Below are positions 12,381 to 25,000 of a stretch of DNA of 55,823 nt, piece after piece. Position 1 is the stretch's first letter. The number at the start of each line of letters is the position of its first letter. A program made the position numbers and the translations under genes. The notes beneath the pieces were generated by a model, which worked only from the letters and a program-made list of their open reading frames with translations, did not search any database and was not told the DNA's origin. The stretch is from Trichoplax sp. H2 (taxonomy: Eukaryota): positions 124,001-179,823 of the forward strand of contig NOWV01000162.1 in NCBI GenBank assembly GCA_003344405.1, in the 5' to 3' direction.

Positions 12381-14655
12381 ATCCCTACTTCCGCACTGAC
12401 TTGATCTGTATTGAGCATGTCTCATCTTCATCATCTGTTTTTAACCAATCAGACATTGACAACTGTTTTTCAACTCGACAGGCTACAGTACAAGATACTG
12501 TAGTACACTATTTACTATGTACTCTACTCGACGACAGTAACTTGATTACAGAAACAACAAAGTTGATATCCATTTGTACAAACGTTTGCAATGATCCCTT
12601 CTAGCAGAATGGAGTATAGTAAATACGATTTGGGGAAGTTTTGGCGTAAAAATGTACAAAATAGAGTGTAGATTGTTGAATTGTATTTCAATCCAGGCCT
12701 ATACAGTAGAATAGGGTAACTGCGCAACTTTTAAATTTGGAGTGTTGTTCATTCTTGATATTTATTGATCATGCAAAATTTTGAAAAATACCCAATTTCA
12801 GTGATTGAAATTCACACCATTTGCAAACGAAGGGGAAGAGAGATACAGTACAAGTAGAAGAGATCTGGATAGAAAAGATTCTGTGCAAACGTTCAATATC
12901 ACATCACATACTACGCTGGAGTGCTGTAATCAGTTTAATAGGATTTGGAATTTTTATAAAAAAATAATAATCAGTGCATCACTAATTTATAATATCCTAT
13001 GGTTGTGTCTCGTTTTACATACTCGAAAAGCTAGACGCATTGGACTTATATAGCAATATTCGAATAAGAATAATTTTTCCGGGCTACGACAGTGCTTTAG
13101 AGTGATAATATCAAAGTATATTATTAGCGGTTCCATAGTGTACACAGACACTTAAAATTAGTCTTATTCGGAGTAGTCCCGACATCGAAGTTGAAGAAGT
13201 TGTTCACAGTCATTACTAAAGTACAAATCAGTAGCGTTAAAATTCCAAAATACAGGTTATGAAGCTTTTTCTAAAATGGACACCACATACAGTTGGAGAT
13301 TGCTGAAAAAATTCCAACAAACGACTCAATGACGAATTACATGCTCAGTTTTGGAGTAATAACTTCAGTCTTGATTAATTGTAATACTTATTAATTATTA
13401 TCGTATTGAAACAACAATTACTAATGTAATAACGAAGAAATCTCGGCCTTCACTTTAATCTGTGTCAATATACGAGTGCATCGCGGGTTCTGTGACGGAA
13501 CTGCTACCAGATTCTAAATACCCACATTAGGATTGCGTAAAATAGAACCACTTCAATTTGACATTGTTGGCTATTTGCTAGATATCATACTGTAGAGTGT
13601 AGACTAAAAGGTATGTTCCAGTTCTGGAAGGTTTATAATAGAGTGTAATAACAAGTAAATTTTAAATAATGGCACACCTTAGTGTACTATCATCCCAAGG
13701 ATCACTGGTGAAGAATTGATGCGTACCGAATTTAAAAATTTATAAATTATCAATATAACCCTAATATTTCAGCAAAGGGGGGGGGGATGGGACGCGTATT
13801 ACAGGAATTACAGCCATATCATTACCTTGCGCTACACCATTTCTAGCTTATTAATTATGAAGTGTTAATGGAGACTTAGGTAAACGATACTGTATATGAA
13901 GTGTTATCAACAATGATGTTCAATGAGTCAATTGATATACACCATATCATAGCCCTGTAAGTGTAGCGCAAAACGCTTTTTGACAAGTAGACTGAGAAGT
14001 AATATCTTAGTCATCTATCACGATTGTTGCTTGAACTTTTTTGTATTTAAGTTAGTGAGATTCATGATGAGACGCTTTGATACATGCTAGCACGTATCTA
14101 CAGTTTATACTGTATAGTATATGGTGCACTGATTGAAAATCCTTTTAAAATAAGCCTCTATCACAAGAATTTCCTATGAGCTGTTTGTTAATGCTACAGT
14201 TCTTCAAGGTCAGCCGAATCCCTATCTTAGGAGAGGAAATACTGGATAACACCCTAGAGCAACCCTAAGACTTAAAATTACAGAAAGTACGAGTACAGAT
14301 TGTTTAAAACAAATTGAAGTTAAACTAGTAAACCCAAGTAATCCATTGGACAAGTGAAACACCTGATCTTGGACAAGACTCGCAGATTCTAACATTTCGC
14401 CTTAATTCTACTAAGATAGTACAGTATATCACAATAGAGGAGTGTACACTCTTGTAAAACCACTACACGGTGAACTAGTCATACATAAAATCTGAGGCTG
14501 CTAAAAGCGATTAAACTATCAAAATACCTACTGGATAGTAGATAATCAATGGTACATAACACGAACTAGCAAATGATGGCAATCAATTTAAAATTCACCG
14601 GAAATAAACAGCAATCAGAACTATCTATCAGGTGAAAATAGGATATAGAGTAAAA

Positions 14656-14661
14656 TTTATT
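14656..14661 (-). terminator. Candidate polyadenylation signal (AATAAA) of SEC61A
   Basis: TTTATT on the + strand about 95 nt downstream of the SEC61A stop. The motif is common in AT-rich DNA. Confidence 0.35.
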
Positions 14662-14753
14662 CAGTTCATTTGAAATTTCAAATAATGTAGCACATAACGT
14701 CACATATTGTATTAGTCGAGACAAGAAACATAATCAGGTTAACAATATCAATT

Positions 14754-16184
14754 TTAGAATAACATGGTACTCATGCCACCTTGTTCACTTTGTTCTTTAA
14801 CAAATGTTTCAAAATACTGATATATGATTGAGACAGCAAGCAATATTCCAGTACCAGATCCAATGGCTCCCATAAAATCAGCCAAAACTGATAAAGCACC
14901 AATACATAAGCCACCAAATGCAGCAGCAGTAGGAATGTATCTGTTTAATTCGTGGATCATTGATTTTTCACGGTGTCCTCTCATGACCATTTGCTGTTCC
15001 TTTAGTTGTTTAGCAACATCTTTGGCGGAAGAACCAGAAATATCTATCCATAATTTAGAAAAGACAGCGCAAGAAGTTAGCATAAAAACGATGTAACATA
15101 CTGCATGCATAGGATCGCTGATTATATGAGCTGTCGTATCTGGCGGCGATAAGTAATAGCACAAACCACCAACTGGATAGGCGCGAGCTGGGCCGCCTCC
15201 TTCGTAATTTTCCCATCGGCCAAGTAAATTGATGAAAATGTTATCACGGAATCTCAAGGATAACATTTGAGAAATGACGTAAAAGTTGGAAACCAAGGCA
15301 CTCTGTAAAATGATAGGCATATTGGACGTATAGAACAATTTGATTGGGTAAGATGTAGTCTGGCCACGATAGCGAGCTGATTTAATTGGTAGATCAACAC
15401 GAAAGCCTTGGAAGTAAATAACAATACAGAATACAAAAATGGTGGCAAACAAGTTCATCATGTTGGGCAAGTTATTGCGATATAAGGCTTCACGTAAGGC
15501 ACGCACTTTATCACTTCGGGTGGCTAATAAGTGAAATAGAGCGATAACAGCACCCTCAAATTCAGTACCCCGTCCAGTATTGATTGTAGCGGGGCTAAAT
15601 GATTTCCACACGATAGTTTCGCAAATATTGGTAGCAATAAAAAGCGATATACCGGAGCCCAAACCGTAGCCTTTTTGTAATAGTTCGTCTAACAACATGA
15701 CGATGACACCAGCAATGACCAATTGTATGACGATGAGTGCGCAAATACCCGTACCAAGATCACTTGGATTGCCATACATACCAGTCAGCATGTAAGCGGT
15801 GGCTTGGCCGGCAGTCATAATGATACCGAATAACTTTTGAGCACCGTTAAAAAGAGCCCTTTCCTTGGGAGAATCGCCAACTTCGATAATTTTGGCTCCT
15901 GCTAACACCTGCATGATCAAACTTGAAGTTACAATAGGATTAATGCCTAATTCCATCAAAGTACCACGGTTGGAAGCCATAATGACTCTCAACCAATAAA
16001 ATGGATCCGCTGAATCGCTTGATAAGATACCAAAAAGTGGAATCTGACAACATACCAAAAAGACGAAAAGGGTAATCGCAGTCCATAGTAATTTTTCTCG
16101 AAATTGAACTTTCCTTTCAGGCTTCGCGATTTCAGGAACGAAAGCTACAAAAGGAGCAATATAATCTAAAATTTTGATACCCAT
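14754..16184 (-). CDS. SEC61A1: Protein transport protein Sec61 subunit alpha, 476 aa, single coding exon
   Basis: The uninterrupted [15 protein letters not shown]...[14 protein letters not shown]...[11 protein letters not shown]...[22 protein letters not shown]...[12 protein letters not shown]...MSTMLF is full-length and highly similar to animal Sec61 alpha. Confidence 0.98.
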   Translation of the reverse strand: MGIKILDYIAPFVAFVPEIAKPERKVQFREKLLWTAITLFVFLVCCQIPLFGILSSDSADPFYWLRVIMASNRGTLMELGINPIVTSSLIMQVLAGAKIIEVGDSPKERALFNGAQKLFGIIMTAGQATAYMLTGMYGNPSDLGTGICALIVIQLVIAGVIVMLLDELLQKGYGLGSGISLFIATNICETIVWKSFSPATINTGRGTEFEGAVIALFHLLATRSDKVRALREALYRNNLPNMMNLFATIFVFCIVIYFQGFRVDLPIKSARYRGQTTSYPIKLFYTSNMPIILQSALVSNFYVISQMLSLRFRDNIFINLLGRWENYEGGGPARAYPVGGLCYYLSPPDTTAHIISDPMHAVCYIVFMLTSCAVFSKLWIDISGSSAKDVAKQLKEQQMVMRGHREKSMIHELNRYIPTAAAFGGLCIGALSVLADFMGAIGSGTGILLAVSIIYQYFETFVKEQSEQGGMSTMLF

Positions 16185-16299
16185 TTTCTTCTAGGCGTTT
16201 ATTACCTATCCAACACAACGTCGGATAAACTGACGATAGAATAAGATCCAATTGAGATGAGGAAAAAGATAATTTGTTGATTTTTTTTCCCTTCTTCCT

Positions 16300-17000
16300 C
16301 ACGCGTCCTTTGGTGAATGAAGGAAGAGTTGAAAGAAAGAGCGTCCAGTACAACGCCAATGAGCCAACACGCACGCCAGTGCTTGTCCTGTTACGGTCCA
16401 GTACGGTACGTACAGTCACCCTAAAACAAGTGCCGTGCTGCAACTCCACCGTTTACAGTGTACAGTACGTTACTACAGTCCGTTGCCAAAGTGAAATCAT
16501 CTGTAAACTTCTTTTAGTACTGTAGCTACGTGTCTCGATACGTACATGGATGACGTGCGGTGTGACTAAAATATGCAGCATGCCTTTTGCAAGGTGCAGT
16601 ATAGTACTGTATACCGTACCGTACCGGACATGTGTTTGGTAACCCGTTGCCCAATGCCCATGGTCTGGCGGTCGGTCACGTGGTGTCATTTTGGTTGAAA
16701 AACGTTTGAATAAAAGCAGGACAGTACGGTAGACTGTACATACACCTACTAAGTGGATGATTTCTGAATATGAATCAATAATGAAAATCATCGAAATCGT
16801 CCAAGCTGAATGATAAAATGCTATGGTTTGACCTACTGATTCGTAAAATGAGGTTTTTTTTAAGAACTGTCTGGACAATTTGAAGGACTTTGCTGTACTG
16901 TGAGTGTTGAGCAGTCCTTCAGTCTGTCCGTGTTCCTACAGTGCAGTACAGTACAGTATTCAGCATGAGTACAGTACAGTACAGTACTGTACAGTGGAAT
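16300..17000. promoter_or_regulatory. Putative SEC61A promoter, possibly bidirectional, with TACNG-pentamer clusters
   Basis: Locally GC/CpG-richer DNA directly 5' of the SEC61A ATG. Runs include CAGTACGGTACGTACAG (~16399), AGTACTGTATACCGTACCGTACC (~16603) and CAGTACAGTACAGTA...GTACAGTACAGTACAGTACTGTAC (16944-16992). Function is inferred from position. Confidence 0.5.
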
Positions 17001-20000
17001 ACTGGAAGAGCGAACTCAGCTACAATTATTTTAGTTTACACTGCCAGGTTGATGTTTTAAGGGCGTTTATTATTTCAAAATTGTGACTTTATCCTGAAAA
17101 TTGAATCTTTCTCGGTCAATAATAACAACTCAACTTTATGCTTGTAATTGTAGATTATTGTCATTGAACCAACTGTATAGATTATCACCATATTCATCCA
17201 TAGGTTTACAATGAAACGCAAGTCTTCTTCGTCACACCACGCTACCCTACCTATACGGCTATACCCAGTATCGATCTAGGTGCAATTGAGATGCAGTGAG
17301 ACATAAATATTTTTCAAAAGTAATATGCAACTCAACCAAGTCAGAAAAAAAAAGCCGATTCTGATTTTGACTCTACATGATCATTCCATTAGACTTATAA
17401 TAAACCACCAACAGTAATACTTCATTGATGATCATGATTTGAGGCGTTATCATTGCTAAATCAACATGGTACAATTTGCTTTACGCGAAGAAGCATACTT
17501 TCTTCCATTGCCAGTAGAATCAATCAATTAATGGAACAGAACCACTCAGTAGCAACGCAGATCCATACAATTGGCGTTAATTGGTTGACATCAATCATGG
17601 AAATCACATCCGCAATAAAACATCAATGATACTTGGATACTTGAGCATACTTGTAGAAATTCTATAGTAATACAAGCATTACAGGTATCAAAGATAAATC
17701 AGCCGACTATTTTAACTATCCTTGATAATAGTATTAGAGTAAATAAATAAGTTTTGATGAATTATAATATTTCAATAACAACGATTCATAAACAACTATT
17801 GATACAGTATACTCTGCATTGTATGCATAGAGAGATACAGAGTATATCATTGAAGGATTATTCATTCCACTCATTTGATATTATCATTTACATATCAAGT
17901 TAGTTAAATACTGTATTATCATCAACTTAATCATATTGAGAGATACTAATTTTATCGCTTGAGTTAGCTGCCGTGCAAGGATTGCTTGACAACTGTGTAC
18001 GTTACTATAAATTGGCAACAGAGAGTCAAATTCTACAACTGAATGCCCACTAACAGCGGATAATTCCGTTCTTTCAGCCGTAATACACTAATGTTGCAAT
18101 AAATACTTTTCATTTGCATGAATGAACACCTATCAAAACTGCATAAGTACGAATTGGACCTCTATCTGCCATTTCAATTCATTCAACCATACAATATACA
18201 AAAGCATGCATTCCTTCTAATCAAGTCGACGGTAGTACCATGCATTCAGTGTTAGGCCATAATTTACAGGATATGTGAATTCTCTCTACGGCAAGTATTA
18301 CTGTAATTTTAATCACTAGACTTGATGGATTGCTAGGGAATAGAACTAGATCGAGCAGATAACCGGGATATTCTTGCCTTAAATGGCATAATAGATAACT
18401 ACTGTACTAATAAATTGGTTACCGTCGAGATCATGTTTGTACACATAATTGCTTAATACGAAAATTGATGCAATGGAATTATTTTGTAATTAAACAAGTC
18501 TATTGCAAGTGAGTTCTAATTTTCTCTTCAGTTTACTAATTGGTTTGGTTATTTTAGAATAATTGGATAAACTTAAACTATATTATGAAAGTTTGATTAA
18601 TTCATTAATATCAAAAACAAGCTTGTTCAGGAAGCGAGAATCATGTTATTGAAAAACCTGTTCAATCTCTTCATCAGTGTAAGCCAAGTCAAGTGAGATA
18701 AAACCATAATTCATTTACGATCAAATTTATGAAGGGATATCAGTGAGCATACCGCTACTTACTATAGTTGTAACCTTTCTTCATTTTTAGCTAACCAAAG
18801 CATATGAAGCTTCCATATTTATACTGTGCCCGTATCTCTTGAATAAAGTAACATACCTAAATACTGTTCTTTTAACAGAATTTATCATTTTAATTACTTT
18901 ATTGAAAAGATAAACTTTGAATCGTCCTTTAATGCTCGATATTTTAACATTCATTATCAAATAAGTTCAATCTTCTACAAAATCTAGTTTACTGGCTTAC
19001 AATACGTTCAACTGTATCTTGTTAACTATACTAAGATTAATCAAAACGCCACCATGCCGGAATCCCACAGGTTTATGGCTGAAATAAACATGATAATTAC
19101 AGTAACAGACGATGGCTGCAGATTAAATTGCTGTTGATTCAAATGCAACAATTATTATGAATGCGTTACGGCAGAAATTTGAATAGCACAACATATAAAT
19201 AGCACCCCACAGAGAAATTAGGATTAATCTTATAGCATTTGATCGACAGTTCCATCTTATAACCAATCATTCCTCTACCGCAGAGCGATCAATTAATTAC
19301 AATCATTAATTCTGACGGTGACTACATTGGCATTTGTCTATAATACTAGACTACACGATAATAATAATAACAATATGAAAATAAAATAAAATAATTGCAT
19401 CATCTATGAATGTACGTTAATAACGAATACAGGTTGCAGAGCTCTCTTTGGAATCAATATGTGATGATGGCATGGATTGTTAGAAGCATGTGTCTTATCC
19501 AGTTAAATAATAAGTAGTATGAGATATGCCCAAAACCTGATCTGATTCAGGAGCTAAAGGACCAATATAAGCTTACTTAAAAAATCATTTCTGAACTCAG
19601 ATGGAACATATGGTTTTACAAGATGTTGACCATAGCCTAACACCTTCACTAGTAATACAGTACGGTATACCAACAGACATGCCACAATTATTCTCTTCTG
19701 TTGAAAAATGTCTTTCAATACCAAAATTCATATCCATAATTGAATTAGTTGTAATTTAAGTAGTTCACGAAAAAATACAAAACTTGCGATAAATTTTAAT
19801 GCCTAGCGCCTGCAAAAAGTGATATTTATATATCTCTTTATCTTGCGAATAGATTATAAAGAAGAAAATATCGAGCAATTTTAAAGTATAATTGATGTAT
19901 CGTCGTGGAAGACGTGCTTCGCCAAGTTTTTCTTTTACTTATTATATATAATAACAATGTTGCATTGCATTCAAATGCTGACAACAAGGAAAATTAATCC

Positions 20001-22047
20001 TGTTAATGATTTCTGCCTAATTCTATTACAACTAAAATCACGGTCTTAATCAGTTATCAGAAAGTAACCTTTTCTCCACGCGCATAGCCTGTTTTTTAAC
20101 TTCATTAATTTATACTATAACGGATATGCAATCAACAGATCATTTGATAGGATGGCTTTAAATGGGATAAGAATTTATTTATCTAACAGGCCTGATCAAT
20201 ACTATTTATACTCCACTTGCAGCTGTATCAAGCACATATTCTATTGAAAACGAAGTCACTATTTATAGTTAGTCTACAAGGAGAATAGAATAGGAACATG
20301 ATTTTAAGCAAATCAAATTCAAACTAATGCATGCATGTCGATTTTATTATTATGGATAAAAGAAGCTTAGAACCATAAATCTATTCATGAACGTATTTCT
20401 ATCGGCGTGGTTAATTGATGATTGGTTCTATGCTATTATGACGCTATCCATAGTATTGTTAGGCTAGATGAATAATAAAATCAATAATCTTCCTTCTTCT
20501 ACAGTACAGTATACTGAGTAGGCTAAAACTATTGTACAGATGACCATAACTGGCTACTAGTCTACCACCGACAGTTACATCATTTTCTTTTTTTTACTCA
20601 TCATCGCTAAGCATTGATTCCGACACATTTTTATCTCATTTATTATTTTCCCCTCCTCCCATTTTGTCTTTTCTCTCTATACTGTCTTGAATGCAGTTTA
20701 GTCAACTGTAAACTATTATACAAAATCGCTTATGTTTGTATGTATCCTTCTAAACATCGATAGTCCTTATTATAGTTAAGCAAATGCAAGAGTGAATATG
20801 ATCACGGAGTGTGACTAGGAACGCGGAATGTTAGTCTATTATTGAAAAATAGGGCAGTACCATCACTTAATAGTAAGATTCTAAAAAAGTTAGTCGACCC
20901 CATCGCTTTAATAAATTGGTTCTACCACCCTCCAGTCAAGTCAGATTGTACTACTGGAGAAGGCAAGTAAAATAGCTTGACATTAGATCTATTCGTTTAC
21001 TACTCTTTCCTTTTTCTTTTTTTTTTACTTAAATTATCGGTTCATATGCTAATAGTATCTTGTACTTTTAACGTTAATAACGGTAGTATAGATAGTAGAG
21101 ATGCTTTTTAGAAAGTTCTTTCTCTAACGATTGAATAGCAACTACTTCTATTTAAACAAGTAAATTGGCTTCAATACAATTTTTGCCAACTTGATCATCT
21201 AGAGATAGTCGACATAATTTACCATAGTCTACAGTAATCTGTTGTCGATGATAACCCATTCGTATATCTATTATTCCATTTTATTTAATTGGTGTAGAAA
21301 TCCGAGCTATCTTTGATATGTCTTATAATCTCAAATAGCAATTTATTTCCTATCCATGTCATCTTATTACAACTCGTATAGATTACGTGAACAAAGCCAA
21401 TTTTAACAAATTCTCATTCTGTTTATATCGATTTCTCTCTCTATAGATATTACATTCTATCAACTTACTTCACTTCATTTCTTTACTTATTGGCTGGCCA
21501 CCTATCAACCAAGGATCATACTGGCTATCATTTTGCACTAACGCATTTCCTTCTTTACATTATACTACCAAGTTAGAATTAAGCACGTTTATTTTTATCT
21601 AAAATCAGCCGGAACGAAGAATATCATACTGAGAAGAAAGCAACAACATTCACCAAACAATTGACAAGTATTTCTCCTTAACATTATCACTCTATGGATT
21701 AACTGTCACTTCATCAAATCAAGCCGAAAGTATAGTAGACTACGGCATTAGACATAAAATTGTAAAGGCTAGCGATGGCATTAGCTATCGTTAGTTAGGT
21801 TAAATAATGTTAGTAAGAGAAAAAACTCATTTAATAATTATTTCCACTATAAGTTGACAAAAAGGAGAAAAATCAAGAGGTAGAGCAATCAAAAAGTAAA
21901 CTTGTCTCATGAGTAATATCTTCAACAGAGCATCCATTACTCGTATGAGAACTTAGTCTACGTTTGGACTGGCAGTCTTCAAATCAAGTTTTAACGTAAT
22001 TACTCGTCGAGAAATAGTGTTTGCTGAACAAGAAAATTAAATTCACC

Positions 22048-25000
22048 ATGAAAATAACAGTTATTTTCGGTGAAATTCGTATCTTGGTGCCATGCAGTAG
22101 TGGTGACCTTCGAATTTCTGATTTAATTAAAAAAGCTGTGGATCGATATAGGAAAGTGACCAAAAAGGTAAATTAAGAAAAGTTTCTTTAGCTCTTTAAT
22201 TTATTCAGACCCTTAAATTATCCGAGAGCCATTTTTTTTAGCAAGGTGTTTAATATTGCAAAAAATAACTTCGATATGGCTAGAAAAAGTAATTAACACA
22301 TGTAAATAACGCCAATGTGATCAATAGCGTTACCAAACTTTGACTTTAAAGTTGATGGGCATACTGTTTTTTCTTTAATATTATGCTCACATACAACATT
22401 GACAATATCAATATGCATATACACTGTTTTGTTATCCTACTTAATTATTAGTCGCAAAATTTAACGCTAAGTTATTTGAGAACTGTCATGGTCTAAATTA
22501 ATGGCACGATGATTAAACTATCAGGCCTATCACTGTATAGTATATGCAGTTTAAATGCTAATACGGTAATGAATTTGTTTAGTCGGGTTAAAACGCCGCT
22601 TAGCAACTTTTAGTATAGTAACATGTCAATCTTCTATCAGCGTCAAGACAAGTTAAGATTACCACTAAACGAAAGATTTTTTATCATTTTCTTAAGTGTT
22701 TAATATAATACGATGAATTAGAAAAACGAATTCTTCAATATCTACTCCATCTACATTATAGTTGTAAATTTGAGATAAAATTCATGAAAAATCTATATTC
22801 TAGTATACAGTACAGAAGTTCAATTACTTCTTTATTGTAATGGTCTTAAGTAACTGCAGATTCCCCAAAAAATAATTGATACTGTGAAAAGTAATAGAAA
22901 AATACCTACAAATTAATGTGGTTCGCCTATAATAATTATTACACAAACTATGTAAAGCGTAATTTAAAAAAAAAAACTACAGTACACATATACGTATACT
23001 TAGGCGATAGTATCGATAAGGGCAGACTTTAGGCGTAAATTCTCACCCCAGGGTACACCGATTCTATAGATAGATCAGTGTTATAGTGGATTTGTCTTAA
23101 TGAAAAGATTGCAACAAATTCTTTTCGTAAATTGGTATAACGGTAATGGCTCCAATACAACTATAGAGTAGTCTAAATTAAAATCAAAGATCATAACATC
23201 ATTGCCATCACTAATGATCTATTCCTTTGAATTATTTCCTTTCCTATCTTATCATCTGATAGTGTTTAAGTAATTTAAATTCTTTCAATAACAAGAGTAT
23301 GTTAATACCTCAATAAACGTTTTGTCAACAAAGTAAAATTAAGATATCATTGAAATCAATTATTACTAATATAGTCGATTGAAATAACTTTGGAGTACTT
23401 GTCAAACGCTCCACTAGGGTAATCATGCACAATCAACATCCTTTAAATTATCTTAATAAGCTTATGTAATATAAGAGTACTACCATATGAAAATTAATTC
23501 TAAATTAAAACTGTTCCCTCTGTTCTTAGCACACTAGCTACATTACAATTCGATCGTAGTGATCAAAAAAGAATTTATACTATCAACCAGCAGTGAATTA
23601 ACCGTCTAAAAAAAATAAACGTAAATGATTTACACCATATAACTGTATCAACATCTGTTTAACTGAGTGAAAGCTTTCTTTCTAACTTAATTGTAAGTAA
23701 AAATAAGGCTCTTGACTACTGGATTGTTATTCTTGAATAATAACGGTCATACACGATACATAGTGAATTCTTCAGTTATTGAATTATTTTATAATTGACT
23801 ATCTTAATCGTTTAGAATAAGTTGGTAAAGATAATATTGATTGTTAACAACTGCTAGTTGAAAATAGTACCTACATAATCAATTATTGTTATCATGTATA
23901 TACAGTTCCTTTATAGATCAATTAGAAGAATAGACTATCCCATTGCTCCTGGTCATATTGTTCTTTGACTTTCTTTTTAATCTTGTTGCCATCTTTTGCT
24001 TGATAGAATATTTTCAAATTTTCCCACCTGAGTTCATAATTGGAATCAATAGTTAATAAATAGATTAAATAGAGATAGATATGTCCTACTGTCATGCTAT
24101 CATTACATATTTTCCCCTTATGTAATACCAATCAATCATTTATCAAATTAAATGCACTCTCTAAATTTATTAGATTCTAATGCCTCATACCTGAATAATT
24201 AATTGATTTAGTTTTACTTTAACTATGATACAAAAAAGCTCACAGTGATATAACATGGCAATATCGTCTACATGATGTGAAAGATAGATTATTAAATATC
24301 TATAAAATTTATGGGAAAAAATGATGTTTATTAAATAGAAATGATTGTGCTATTAACAAAGATATTACGAAATCTTATGTTTGTATTGATAGATTTTAAA
24401 AGTATGAATAGATTAACGATCGTTATAAAAGAGGATTCAATTGCTAGTTTATATAGTCTACCAAGTATTGTCACAGTGCCTTGCAGATGTGTGGCACAAC
24501 ACCGTTTGGCCTGTAATAGTTACTAGGAAAGTTAAAATGTAGTCTCCATTATAGCTTATCTTCAAATATATCATCTATCGATAAAGCTAAAGATCTTATC
24601 ACATCTCTAGAATATAGAAATCAAACAAAAGCCTATTTGAATACTTGATTAACATCGTATTCTCAACATATTCTTTTCAATCTATTAGAGATAAATTAAT
24701 ACAGCATAATATTTTTGGGGGAATAAATTTAAAATTTTAATTAAAGCTAATTTATAAAGTTACTAATACCAGAAAATAGCCGTTAAATCTTCTTATATTA
24801 ATAGAGTCAGGTTAGATAATATTCTTACCAGACTACATTCTATTATATTAGTAAGGATTATTATTTAGTATGTCTTTAAAAAGTTAAATATTAGTATTTA
24901 TATCTTTTAGGTTAAGCATATAATTTACTCACTGTATTGGATGAGTGCTGTTTATTCATGCGTATACTGATGCAACATTTACTTTCAAATCGCCATTTAT

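Noticed and set aside
11708-12381. Overlapping ORFs of 63-117 aa on both strands
   Set aside because: They arise from the GC-richer tandem repeat, give repetitive translations, and resemble no protein I recognise.
13756-13764. TAACCCTAA resembling a telomerase RNA template or telomeric repeat
   Set aside because: It is a single short match (another occurs near 41064), at chance level, with no supporting structure.
12371-14500. Possible gene or pseudogene between SNAPC1 and SEC61A (ORFs 12371-12604, 12805-13053 and fragments near 13160-13560)
   Set aside because: No recognisable motifs or consistent exon chain were found.
14824-15448. Alternate-frame and antisense ORFs within SEC61A, PARD3 (29815-30069) and the mucin (52024-55245)
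   Set aside because: These are shadow ORFs of real coding exons.
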